Below the pieces are notes generated by a model. The model worked only from the letters and a program-made list of their open reading frames with translations. It ran no database searches and had not been told where the DNA came from. From Candidatus Thorarchaeota archaeon (GTDB lineage Archaea > Asgardarchaeota > Thorarchaeia > Thorarchaeales > Thorarchaeaceae), in NCBI GenBank assembly GCA_020348985.1, contig CP070761.1, forward strand, positions 2,355,102-2,419,101: 64,000 bases of DNA, read 5' to 3'. A program made the translations under genes and the position numbers. This document shows positions 39,482 to 49,124 of the stretch, piece by piece. Every line of letters starts with the position of its first letter. Positions within the stretch are counted from its first letter, which is position 1.

Positions 39482-42118
39482 TCAGGATGTAATATCCTTA
39501 ATCGATGAAAGAAGATAGCTCTCGAACAGACTTGCCGAGAATAGCTCTATTGGGACCACTCGTGTATTGGTCAATTCAAGAGTATCAAAGAGTCTCTCGG
39601 CATCACTGTCTGATTCAAATCCGATGAAATCAAGTCGAATGGCGTCGGTCCTTCTGATGGATCTCAAGAACGGTCGAAGATTCTCTTCCTCTTCATCTGG
39701 TGCAGTTGTTATTACGATTGCGAGAGTTGGTTTCTCTTCGCCAAAGTCCTCCACAAGCTCTGCGATTGTCCTGAGAGCTTCGCTCATCTTTCCTCCTGAG
39801 GAGGTCTCTTCAGCAATGTCCATAGTGAAGAAGACCAACGACTGAAGCACCTCTTCAGACTGCATGTCTTCCTCGAATTCCAGGTGTGTTTGAATCTCAT
39901 GTCCTCTCTGAATTGTGAACTTTGTCGCCTTGTCTCCGATTGAGACTACGGCTAGCCGACCACCTGAACGGTTTACCGACAAACTCTGGATTGCCACCAA
40001 CGACATGATTGTGGCCAATTCCTGCCTCGTTATCATGTCGCCTAGATTGTTGAGAAACTCATCTACTCCATGTACTCTACTGATCAGAGATGAGAGCATG
40101 TGTCTCAGATAGAATGGAGTCTTCAGAGGAACGTCTCTGTGTTGCATCCCCTCACTATGGATGATTGCCAGAATGAGGTTGAATTCCTTGAAGGACTCCG
40201 CTGGCCATATTGACATCCCATCAACAGAAAGCTTGGCGATACGTCCAGGATCTAGTTGTGGAGATGACTTGACCAGCGTCAACGAGATCATATGACTGTC
40301 TCTTCCTATCCATACTTTGGCTCCCTTCCCCACCAACCGTCCGTCCAGTCTTCTCTGAATGTCTTCTTCGTTCATTCTGAGATATGAATACGTTTCTCCA
40401 GAAGCAGAAGGCGCAGACTCTTCGAATGCAAACATCGCATTACTGATTTCATCTGCCTTGCCAGTGATTCTTACCAAGTCAACGGTTGTCGGATCCCTCA
40501 GACCTATCAGATCCGCATCATCACGAGAAATCGCAACTTTCTTCGGGGGACACCAAGACGCGACCTCCATCTTGCCGACTCCCCAGTTATTGGTTCCAGG
40601 CTCAAGGGCAACTACAATGTCTCCTCCTGAGGCCCCTATAGCACGCATATCCTCTTCACAAAGCATAAACACTCCTGGCTCCGTGTCTCTGAAGACTACG
40701 CCGAAAGTAAGGGACGACACTACTTCGTTCAGGTAGCTTACTTGCAGGCACTTAAGTAGCTCATAGTGAAAGCGACTTAGATGCGCAGGTGAAGTCAGAA
40801 TTGGGCCCTCAGACTTCGTTGAAGCACGGACCAGAGTATTGTGGATTCCAACGCTTCTTGAACGCAGATTCTCTGAGAATGAAGACCTCCATCCAGCAAC
40901 TCTCAAGGTGTCGTCACGTTCAATCAGGAGTGCCAAACTCATTGCTGAAGGAGAGGAAGGATCCTTTACAGTTAGAACATAGCTATTCAGATCGACACGA
41001 CCGCCGTTCTCAGAGATCATGTTGTCAATGGAGACAATCCCATGAAGGCGCTGTGTTGCCATAATCTCAAGTATACGGGAGAGTTCGTCCATTGAGGTCT
41101 TCCCCAATCTACCCTCAGCAACAACTGACATACAGTTTTCAACATAGTCTAGAAACGGTGGCCTGGGGGGTAGCAAAGCAAGAACATTTCCGCCGAGTAT
41201 CCGTTGAATATCTTCAGCCTTAGCTGAAACGTTCCTGCTCAGGAGCAGGCTTAGTAGCTCAGGAATGCTATCTCCAGTTTGGGTTTCCGGGTATCCACTC
41301 GAAAACACGAGCCGTGTAGACCAATCTGTTCCGCGTCCGTTTTCTCTCAGATAGGTCACAATGGTTGACAATGAAGATACTGTTGCCCCAGCGGTTGTAA
41401 TCCTGATATTCGGAAGATCAAGGAGTCTTGTTATGTCATGCCCCCATGCTCTATGACGACCAGCAGACACGATGATGCCAGGAGCTTGGTGTCCCATCTG
41501 CCTCAAAGAGATTGACCATTTGAGCAGTGAATCCAAGTCTTCTGGTCCCTTGAGATTGATAAAGACTGGAAGGTTTGAACGGATGTACATCTCCAAAGAA
41601 TCGCCATTCGGCCCTTGGAATGCACTATCCAAATCAGTTGCATTCAGTAGACAGGTCCATCCGCTTCGAGTCGTCCTACCAAGTCTCATGTCTTGGGAGT
41701 AGTAGAGTCTTGGACCGTAGGGTGGCGTAGTACACCACCGATGCACGAGTTCTGTGTTCTTTTCCTGCTGTGTAGGAGGAAGTTTTGTGTTGCCTACCGA
41801 GACCAAGGGGTGCACCAAGAAGAAGTCTGCCAACCAGCTGTTACTTGAAGCGTCCAATACATTCTGATATAGACTCCCAATTACTGGAGGCTGTTTGAGA
41901 TATTCGTAGGCCTTTCTTGGCAGAAACTTGAATGCAGCAGAGTATTTTGTGGAGAAGTCATGAAGTCGGCTTTCCAACATTCCGAAATAGGAAAGAACGC
42001 GGGGCGGATCGAACGTTCGTATTAACGAGCCTATCTGAACCAGGCCAAGACTAACGGATGCATCTATGACAACGAAGCGTTTTAGCTCGCTCGCTTCAGT
42101 GTCTTCAACAACCAGCAT
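39482..42118 (-). CDS. Fusion of degenerate amidohydrolase + CDC48-N-like + degenerate vWA domains
   Basis: Collinear similarity to both 42287-43777 and 43845-45137; start set at MLVV by analogy (track start 42160). Confidence 0.8.
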   Translation of the reverse strand: MLVVEDTEASELKRFVVIDASVSLGLVQIGSLIRTFDPPRVLSYFGMLESRLHDFSTKYSAAFKFLPRKAYEYLKQPPVIGSLYQNVLDASSNSWLADFFLVHPLVSVGNTKLPPTQQEKNTELVHRWCTTPPYGPRLYYSQDMRLGRTTRSGWTCLLNATDLDSAFQGPNGDSLEMYIRSNLPVFINLKGPEDLDSLLKWSISLRQMGHQAPGIIVSAGRHRAWGHDITRLLDLPNIRITTAGATVSSLSTIVTYLRENGRGTDWSTRLVFSSGYPETQTGDSIPELLSLLLSRNVSAKAEDIQRILGGNVLALLPPRPPFLDYVENCMSVVAEGRLGKTSMDELSRILEIMATQRLHGIVSIDNMISENGGRVDLNSYVLTVKDPSSPSAMSLALLIERDDTLRVAGWRSSFSENLRSRSVGIHNTLVRASTKSEGPILTSPAHLSRFHYELLKCLQVSYLNEVVSSLTFGVVFRDTEPGVFMLCEEDMRAIGASGGDIVVALEPGTNNWGVGKMEVASWCPPKKVAISRDDADLIGLRDPTTVDLVRITGKADEISNAMFAFEESAPSASGETYSYLRMNEEDIQRRLDGRLVGKGAKVWIGRDSHMISLTLVKSSPQLDPGRIAKLSVDGMSIWPAESFKEFNLILAIIHSEGMQHRDVPLKTPFYLRHMLSSLISRVHGVDEFLNNLGDMITRQELATIMSLVAIQSLSVNRSGGRLAVVSIGDKATKFTIQRGHEIQTHLEFEEDMQSEEVLQSLVFFTMDIAEETSSGGKMSEALRTIAELVEDFGEEKPTLAIVITTAPDEEEENLRPFLRSIRRTDAIRLDFIGFESDSDAERLFDTLELTNTRVVPIELFSASLFESYLLSSIKDITS

Positions 42119-42286
42119 CTGGAATGACTCCGTTACACCCCAGTAGAATAAGTTACCCATATCAGGATTTGTGCGGGATGTGTGCTAATTCCTGGGACGC
42201 GTGCGGCGGACAACCGTGAATAGAAGTTCCTCACATGATTTATCTCCGATTAGGTTACTGAATCGCGATATAGGAGCAAATGCGTA

Positions 42287-43777
42287 ATGCTTGTGGTCCG
42301 GGCTGTCGACGACATTCCTGAGTCAGGCATAAAAGCTGACTCAGAGTTCAAGATATATCTCGTAGACGCCCACCACCACATGGGACGAGAGAAAGGACAT
42401 CGGAACACACCCTCTGGGGCGTACGACTTCTATGCGATGCTATGGCTCGAGATTCAAAAGATGGCCAGTGCAATGCTGGAAGATGACGAGCTAGCTTTTG
42501 AGCCTGTTGGAGTTGTCCCACCTGACTTCGCATCTCGCTTCTTCTCAGCGCGAGAGAGCTGGGAGCAAATGAACCACGGCTGGCTCGTTGACAGAACGGT
42601 AGTCTTCCCATATAGCGACGACTACTCGAAAGCAGGTCCGGAAGATCGAGCAAGCTTCTCTCTGTCAAACGAAAGAATATCTGGATGGAGTACGCGTGCG
42701 CCGCATTCTACACGTCTTATAGGATTCTGCAGAGTCGATCCACATGATTCCAAAAAGACTCCACACATGGCGATCAACGAACTGAATCGATCAGTGAATA
42801 CGCTTGGACTTAGAGGTCTGAAACTGCATCCTCTTGCACAGCTATTCCTAGACGAAATCGAAGACGAAATCACTGTCGGACTTGTGCGTAGAGCAAGTGA
42901 TCTAGGGGTCACAGTGATTTTTGACACCAGAAGCATGCGCACAGTCGACAAAATCGCCAACATCATTGAGCGAATCGAAGGTTCTAGCAAGAAAAAACGC
43001 AACAAGCCTAAGGTTGTGTTGGCACACTGCGGAATGAGTCCGGGTGATCCTCAACTTCACGAAGTGTTAAGCAATCCTTCAGTTTATGGTGAGATTTCAT
43101 CCTTACACGGTCGCGACCTGCCGCTTCTGTTCGAGTCGGCAAGTGAGATGATAGCCCAGGAGGGAGTTCACTGGTCAGAGAAGATTCTCTTCGGTACTGA
43201 CTACAGCTTTCTGTCATTCCAGGCCGCAGAGGCTATTCTCTTCCTCCTTTCAAGAGACTTTCCGGGGTCCCTTGAAGATGTGAGACGAATTCTCGGTCTG
43301 AACAGCCTGAAGTTGACCCAGACGCCTTTCTACACAAACCGCGCTACTGACCGAAGACCCGTCCTGGTCAGTCTTCCTGATCCGACTTCAACGGATTTCA
43401 ATAGACTGCTAGAAATCGTAGTATCTCTTGCATCATCAGATATGTGGGAAATCCGTTCAACGGATCTCCTGCACGTCCCCGGTGAATCCTCGGAAGTTCG
43501 GGCTGGTGGTAAAGACAAAGGGTCAGAGACCAAGTCCTACGTTATTGCATTGCAGTCAAAATCGAACGATGAAGAGATTCACATCTGGGTTAGGCACGAT
43601 AGTGACAAAGTACTGTCGTTTGCTTTGCTGGAGTCTGTTCCTCTGCACTCGACCCTCCTGGCTGATGGATGGGGGTTGGACCTTGACGCCAAGCTTCTTA
43701 GAGCTCACGCAAAGTACTCTGAGGTTTTGAAAGACTTTGATGAGTTCACTCGAAGATTGTCAAAGACTCTCGTCTAG
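42287..43777 (+). CDS. Amidohydrolase_2 family metallo-hydrolase with C-terminal extension
   Basis: DAHHH, GLKLHP, LAHCG, ILFGTDY, ILGLN. Confidence 0.85.
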   Translation: MLVVRAVDDIPESGIKADSEFKIYLVDAHHHMGREKGHRNTPSGAYDFYAMLWLEIQKMASAMLEDDELAFEPVGVVPPDFASRFFSARESWEQMNHGWLVDRTVVFPYSDDYSKAGPEDRASFSLSNERISGWSTRAPHSTRLIGFCRVDPHDSKKTPHMAINELNRSVNTLGLRGLKLHPLAQLFLDEIEDEITVGLVRRASDLGVTVIFDTRSMRTVDKIANIIERIEGSSKKKRNKPKVVLAHCGMSPGDPQLHEVLSNPSVYGEISSLHGRDLPLLFESASEMIAQEGVHWSEKILFGTDYSFLSFQAAEAILFLLSRDFPGSLEDVRRILGLNSLKLTQTPFYTNRATDRRPVLVSLPDPTSTDFNRLLEIVVSLASSDMWEIRSTDLLHVPGESSEVRAGGKDKGSETKSYVIALQSKSNDEEIHIWVRHDSDKVLSFALLESVPLHSTLLADGWGLDLDAKLLRAHAKYSEVLKDFDEFTRRLSKTLV

Positions 43778-43844
43778 GCATGAGCCAGCAATTCTTTAAA
43801 ACCAGATGATGAGAGTTTGCCCGAGCATGTCCTCGGAGGGACAT

Positions 43845-45137
43845 ATGATTAGTCGGACGCAGAAGCTAGAGATAATAGATGGAGGCGACATGAGAGGTTT
43901 CGCTTCCCTCAATCCGAAAACAACCGAAGTCCTAGACGCAGAGATTGGCTCGATTGTCGTGTTTCAAGAACCGCAAAGCAGCTTCTGGGGCGCGGCGGAA
44001 GTCCGCAAGAGCAAGGATGTTGATGAGGACAAGATTGTCGTTGATACATTGGTCTTGGAAGCATCATTGTTGATGGAGGGTGACATTGTTGAAGTAACCC
44101 TGTATGAAGAGGACATGATCGCTCTAGAGTTCGTTGATTTCGGCCTGAAACCACTCACGGAAGAAGCAAACAGAGATGACCTAGTTGCTTTGGCGGCGGA
44201 GAGAATCGAGTCCCTGGAGAAACTCATTGATGGTCGCCTCGTATATCCAGGGATGTCTTTCAACTGGCCCGAATTGGATGTCAAGGTCGAGATTCTTGAT
44301 ACTCGCCCCTCGCTCACAGGGATGAGCTTCGCCAAGCTGGCATTTGAAGCCCTGCGAGAGAAGACTGGCTATCAATTCAAGACTGTTGGCATTGCCACTC
44401 CCTTCAATGCGATACTCTGCATAGACGTATCCGGTTCGATGAAGACAATCGATGTGCCAGTGCGTGACATTGCTCACGCTCGCGAAGGACTAAAGGACCT
44501 GGCTGGCGACAATCCTGAAGTCGAGGCATTTCTAGATCGATTTGAAGAAGGGAAGAACGTTAGCAGAGCTGAGGCGGCAGCAATGGCTGTTCTGCTGTAT
44601 CTGGCTGAGAAGGTAGGTCGAGGTTATGGCGAGAAGGTGGCTGTCTTAACTTTCGAAAAAGATGTCACACAGATGACATTCATGGATTCCGACAGTGGGG
44701 AGCTGAGGCCTTACGTAGAATGCACTGGCAGAGAGAAATCCCTTGGCCTTCAGATCGTAAGCACACATGTAGTTGACAAGGTCGAAGAAGGTGGAACTCT
44801 GACTGACATGGGGTCCGCAATTCGAAAGGCGAGCGATGTCATAGACGAATTCGGAGACAAGGACAAACCCACGATGCTCGTGCTTCTAACCGACGGGATG
44901 ACAACGTCAGGCCCGCCTCCGCTCAAAGTACTCAAAGAGAGAATTCACGACCGAGGGATGTTGGTCATATACTGCATAGGTCTCGGTGAGAGAAGTGAGA
45001 TTGATGAAGAGCTAATGCTGGCAATCGCACAATTCGGCAATGGTACATACCGTCATGTTGACAACATGAGAGATCTGCTTGAATGGTACGGTCGCTTGGC
45101 AGGAGAATTCGCTGTCGTAATTCGCGGTGCAGAATAG
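43845..45137 (+). CDS. CDC48/Ufd1-N-like double-psi-barrel + vWA domain protein
   Basis: N-terminal LNPKT...GSIV...IVVD...EGDIVEV pattern; MIDAS DVSGSM, TDMG, LTDG, IGLG. Confidence 0.8.
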   Translation: MISRTQKLEIIDGGDMRGFASLNPKTTEVLDAEIGSIVVFQEPQSSFWGAAEVRKSKDVDEDKIVVDTLVLEASLLMEGDIVEVTLYEEDMIALEFVDFGLKPLTEEANRDDLVALAAERIESLEKLIDGRLVYPGMSFNWPELDVKVEILDTRPSLTGMSFAKLAFEALREKTGYQFKTVGIATPFNAILCIDVSGSMKTIDVPVRDIAHAREGLKDLAGDNPEVEAFLDRFEEGKNVSRAEAAAMAVLLYLAEKVGRGYGEKVAVLTFEKDVTQMTFMDSDSGELRPYVECTGREKSLGLQIVSTHVVDKVEEGGTLTDMGSAIRKASDVIDEFGDKDKPTMLVLLTDGMTTSGPPPLKVLKERIHDRGMLVIYCIGLGERSEIDEELMLAIAQFGNGTYRHVDNMRDLLEWYGRLAGEFAVVIRGAE

Positions 45138-45144
45138 ATGCGGC

Positions 45145-46365
45145 CTACATGGGCTCGAGGGCCTCAGATAGACCCTTCAAAGTCTCCATATCCATCTCGT
45201 CGATAGTCTCTTCCGGAATTCCATCAACCATATCCTTAGGCATGGCAATGAGGACTTTGGCTTTCTCAAGACCGTATTTCTCGATGAACTCTGCGAATCT
45301 CTTATCGTCGGTCTTTGGTTGTTCTAGCTCCTTCTTTCTACGTCGTTTCTTGGAAGGCTCCTCTTCTGTCGGTTCGGCTGGAGCTGCTTCAACATCAGGG
45401 GTTGATGCTATCAGTGCTTCGAGCTCATCCCTACTAAGGTTTGCCAATACTTCTTCGCCGACTGAACCTCTTACTTCAGAGGGTATCTTCTCAATCAGTT
45501 CATCGCGAGAGATCGCCTTCTTCTTGACTCGCTTGACTTTCCTGACCTTTACTTTCTTCTTCTTCTTTGCGGGCTCAGGTTCGGCCTCAGCAAACGATGC
45601 CTTGAGTTCTTCGACCAGTTCTGTTGCTCGAGTTGGTGTCAATCGCCTAATATCTTCTGGAGGAAGTGACATTCTAATGTCGTCTGGAAGCTCGCTAAGA
45701 ATCTCTTCAACTTCAGCCGATATCCCTAAATCAGTCACGGCTGTACGTGGCACGGCAATGTCGGCCACCGGAAGGTCCGCAATCATTTCCTCGCCTTCGG
45801 GCAGGATTATGGGTTTGCCTTCAAGTTCCTGAATCAATAGTGTGTCGTCGATTTCGATTTCGAACTTCGCATTATGCCACTTGACGAACCTATCAATTGC
45901 ATCAGGTGCAAGCTCCAGCTTGCTGAGATAGGTCCTGATGCTGTCTTCGGTCATGTCAGACAAGCCTGAGAGAATCCTGTCAATGTCTTCTGAGGGCACC
46001 CTTGCCCAAATCGGCCCGCGAAGTAGCTTGGACAGTCCGAATGCACAATGAGACCTGACCCACGTGTTTTTGTCTTTGAGCCCTTGAAGCATGTAGGGTA
46101 TCGTCTTTGGCTGCTGATACCAAGCGATTGCTTGAGCAGCCGCAATGCGAACATTGTCGTCTTCGTCTTGTAGAGAGGTCAAAAGGTCATCAATCACAGT
46201 AGGGTCGGCGAGATCTATTGCTGCTAATATCGCCCTCTCTCTAACAATCTCTGATGTGTCAGAGAATGCTTTGATGAGTGCATTTCTGTTCTTGGAAGAT
46301 TCCTTTGCCAGACGTGCTACTTGTTCGGTTTCATAGTCCAGTAGCAACCGCCTCGTTTCTGACAA
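45145..46365 (-). CDS. HEAT/PBS-lyase repeat protein with charged repetitive C-terminus
   Basis: D....VRERA, D.D.NVRIAAAQAI, DKNTWVRSHCAFGL repeats. Confidence 0.85.
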   Translation of the reverse strand: MSETRRLLLDYETEQVARLAKESSKNRNALIKAFSDTSEIVRERAILAAIDLADPTVIDDLLTSLQDEDDNVRIAAAQAIAWYQQPKTIPYMLQGLKDKNTWVRSHCAFGLSKLLRGPIWARVPSEDIDRILSGLSDMTEDSIRTYLSKLELAPDAIDRFVKWHNAKFEIEIDDTLLIQELEGKPIILPEGEEMIADLPVADIAVPRTAVTDLGISAEVEEILSELPDDIRMSLPPEDIRRLTPTRATELVEELKASFAEAEPEPAKKKKKVKVRKVKRVKKKAISRDELIEKIPSEVRGSVGEEVLANLSRDELEALIASTPDVEAAPAEPTEEEPSKKRRRKKELEQPKTDDKRFAEFIEKYGLEKAKVLIAMPKDMVDGIPEETIDEMDMETLKGLSEALEPM

Positions 46366-46504
46366 GCACCTTCCTCCATGCGATTACAAAGTGGTTATTC
46401 TGCTAGAGTCGATTGTTGTCTTGTATTTATATCAGTTGGGAGTGTATATCTCTTCCTCTTACGTTTTAGCCAGAGATTCCATACCGGATGGAATTTAGGT
46501 CTGA

Positions 46505-47350
46505 ATGCAACGGCCTTCCATGATTTTCATGAGTGTTGATAGAGAAGCGGCCGTGGTCAGAGTTGTCTTATTCGCACTGACTATGCTGCTGATTGTCGAG
46601 CTCCCACACTTAGGAGCACTACCGTTTCGGGGAACTCCGACATACAATGTTGTGGGCTCGCTGCTTTCGCTTCTTTCGTTCCCGCTCATGTACTTGGCCG
46701 TAGTGGTCTTCTTGAGGATGGAGGGCAAGAACCAGATAGGTGAGCTTGGCATTGGTGTCGATGATCAGACGATATTTCCGCACATTACTGTAGGTGCAAT
46801 TGCTGCTATAATCGCTGTAGGGCTTGTCTACGTTGTCGCCGCATCTTTCGGCGGCGATGTGAGAGACCTGGCCTCATTAACATCTGATGAAGTGGTTAGT
46901 GTCGTCTTGATAGGTATCCCTGTTGCTTTTCTAGAGGAGCTCTCATACCGCGGCTACCTTATGACCCGGATGGAATCGTTGTGGGGTCAGACTCGTGGTA
47001 TTCTCTTCAGTTCGCTCTTCTTCTCGCTTGTTCACTTCAATTGGTGGAGTCCGCTAGGCTCAGTATCCGTTCATCTGATTGTTCTATTTTCGATGAACAT
47101 GTTCCTTGGCGGAGTTGTATTGGGTCTTGGCTACTACTTATCCGGAAGGAAACTGTGGGTCCCCATAGCATACCACTTTGCGTGGAATGTCATGGCCTAC
47201 TCGCTCTTCCCAGTATTTCCCACCGACCCCGTGACTCATCCTGAGCTCTTTCAGATTGAATGGGGGTTGACCTCTCTGATAGGATTTCTTTTCGGACTTT
47301 CCATAATTCGGATGGCATTGTCCTACTTTAGAGAAAAAAAGAAACGATAG
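46505..47350 (+). CDS. CPBP/CAAX (Abi) intramembrane glutamic endopeptidase
   Basis: EELSYRG, FSLVH, HFAWN motifs. Confidence 0.9.
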   Translation: MQRPSMIFMSVDREAAVVRVVLFALTMLLIVELPHLGALPFRGTPTYNVVGSLLSLLSFPLMYLAVVVFLRMEGKNQIGELGIGVDDQTIFPHITVGAIAAIIAVGLVYVVAASFGGDVRDLASLTSDEVVSVVLIGIPVAFLEELSYRGYLMTRMESLWGQTRGILFSSLFFSLVHFNWWSPLGSVSVHLIVLFSMNMFLGGVVLGLGYYLSGRKLWVPIAYHFAWNVMAYSLFPVFPTDPVTHPELFQIEWGLTSLIGFLFGLSIIRMALSYFREKKKR

Positions 47351-47370
47351 GGCTGGAATTTTGCCAGCCC
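47350..47370. terminator. Hairpin between convergent genes
   Basis: GGGCTGG-N7-CCAGCCC. Confidence 0.5.
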
Positions 47371-47377
47371 AGTTGGC

Positions 47378-48088
47378 TCACTGATCAGGGACTGGTTCCC
47401 CGTATCCGTGACTCCCGTCATCCTTGGCTACCACTAATGTGAGACCACTCACTCCTAATGCCACTACACGCTCTCCTTCCTTGATTGGGGGCCCTGTTGT
47501 ACGCGCCCACCAAATCTCCTGCGCAGATTTGACTCTACCACGTGGGTTGATGTCTGAGATCGCGACAAGGGTCCCCATCTTTCCGTACTGGTATTCAGGC
47601 CACTTGTCGTAGTTGCGGAGAAACGCCATGTAGAGCACCATAAGCCCCACAACAGTGCCAACCATGATGTAGACAGTCGTCTGATTCGTTGGATCCACTA
47701 GCATTGAAATGAAGATCGCAACACCGTAAAGCGGGAAGAGCTTCAGTGAAACCTTCGCATCAATAAAAGCCCCCTCAAGCGTACCGCCTCCGGTAAACAT
47801 CGCGAACATCATGTAGAGGACGGCGCCGATTATGGCGAGCATCCAGACCTCAAAGTAGAATGTTGGGCTCAAGATTATCTGGAAGACGAACAGGATCATT
47901 ATGATTGGGACGGTCACCTGTGCCATGGCCTTTCCTGTGGCTGGTTCGACCGTCATCACAAGCATAGTGAGGATGACAACAAGTAGAATCAGGCCTACAA
48001 ATGGGTCGAATAGCAAGTATCCAACAACCATACTTAGGGCTGACATCATCATCAAAACAACGAGGATCTTGATCCACGCATCCACCAT
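47378..48088 (-). CDS. NfeD-like membrane protein with C-terminal OB fold
   Basis: Multiple TMs, then G.G..ISDINPRGRV...EIWWA...I..GERV; adjacent to stomatin. Confidence 0.82.
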   Translation of the reverse strand: MVDAWIKILVVLMMMSALSMVVGYLLFDPFVGLILLVVILTMLVMTVEPATGKAMAQVTVPIIMILFVFQIILSPTFYFEVWMLAIIGAVLYMMFAMFTGGGTLEGAFIDAKVSLKLFPLYGVAIFISMLVDPTNQTTVYIMVGTVVGLMVLYMAFLRNYDKWPEYQYGKMGTLVAISDINPRGRVKSAQEIWWARTTGPPIKEGERVVALGVSGLTLVVAKDDGSHGYGEPVPDQ

Positions 48089-48106
48089 CTCAACTCTCCT
48101 TAAGAA

Positions 48107-48937
48107 TCACTGATCGTCTGTCATGACTCTCTTTTTCTTGACTCCGCCAGGACCTCGCCCGGCCGCAAGCGCAGCTCCCATTGCCGTACCCAGTTCTCGC
48201 ATGCTGTAGGGCACCATCATGATCATATTGCCGTTTTCTCCGATTGTCTGCAGCACGTTCCAGATTCGCAACGTGAATCCAATGTCGGAGGTTTCATAGC
48301 TCTTGGCCGCCGCCAGCATGGCCTCGGCTGCTTCCAACTCTGCCTGAGCTAGTGTAACTCTGGCTCTTCTCTCTCGTTCGGCCTGAGCTTCTCTGCTCAT
48401 AGCGTCCTGTAGTTGCGATGGAATGACCACATCTCGAATTTCGATGGCTGTGGTCTTTACTCCCCAGTGCTCAGTCTTCTCGTCGATCAGTTCCTGAAGA
48501 TGCTTAGCGATCTGGTCTCGTTCTGAGAGAAGCTCGTCGAGCGTAACCTTACCGGTGGTTTCTCGCAGCGTGGTCTGTGCGGCCAATTCCACAGCCACAG
48601 TGTACCGCTCTACGCTGAGGATTGCCTTTTCTACATCTATGACTCTGAAGTACATCACAGCATCTACAACCACTGGTACATTGTCCTTGGTGAGCGATCG
48701 TTCTGTTTTGAACGCATAAGTCAAGAGCCTTAGAGACACCTTCATCGCAACTTTATCGAGTATTGGTGTTACCCAAATGACTCCCGGTCCCCTAATGTGC
48801 TTGAACTTGCCAAGCCTAAGGATCGCCACTCGCTCCCATTCTTTCAATATCTTTATCCCAGATGCAATGAACATCAGGACAAAGAAAACAAGGACCACGA
48901 TCAATGTGGTCCAAAGGAAATCTCCTGGTATCTGCAA
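48107..48937 (-). CDS. Stomatin/SPFH (slipin) family protein
   Basis: ER..ILRLG, GPG, TKDNV, AQTTLR, WGVK, AEREERA-like coiled coil. Confidence 0.93.
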   Translation of the reverse strand: MQIPGDFLWTTLIVVLVFFVLMFIASGIKILKEWERVAILRLGKFKHIRGPGVIWVTPILDKVAMKVSLRLLTYAFKTERSLTKDNVPVVVDAVMYFRVIDVEKAILSVERYTVAVELAAQTTLRETTGKVTLDELLSERDQIAKHLQELIDEKTEHWGVKTTAIEIRDVVIPSQLQDAMSREAQAERERRARVTLAQAELEAAEAMLAAAKSYETSDIGFTLRIWNVLQTIGENGNMIMMVPYSMRELGTAMGAALAAGRGPGGVKKKRVMTDDQ

Positions 48938-49124
48938 TATCTTTTGCTCCTGTTAACGCCTAGGTCAAACTAGGTCAACAGCTTGAAACGGTCTCCTCCC
49001 GTTCCTGTGACTATCTTCACACGTAAGTATATGAAGTTTCGTTTCAGATTTCTTCTGCAAGAGAACCTTTTTGGAAGATCTTCCTAGGGTTTGCTTCCAG
49101 AATCTCGAATTCGCTCTTTGCTCT

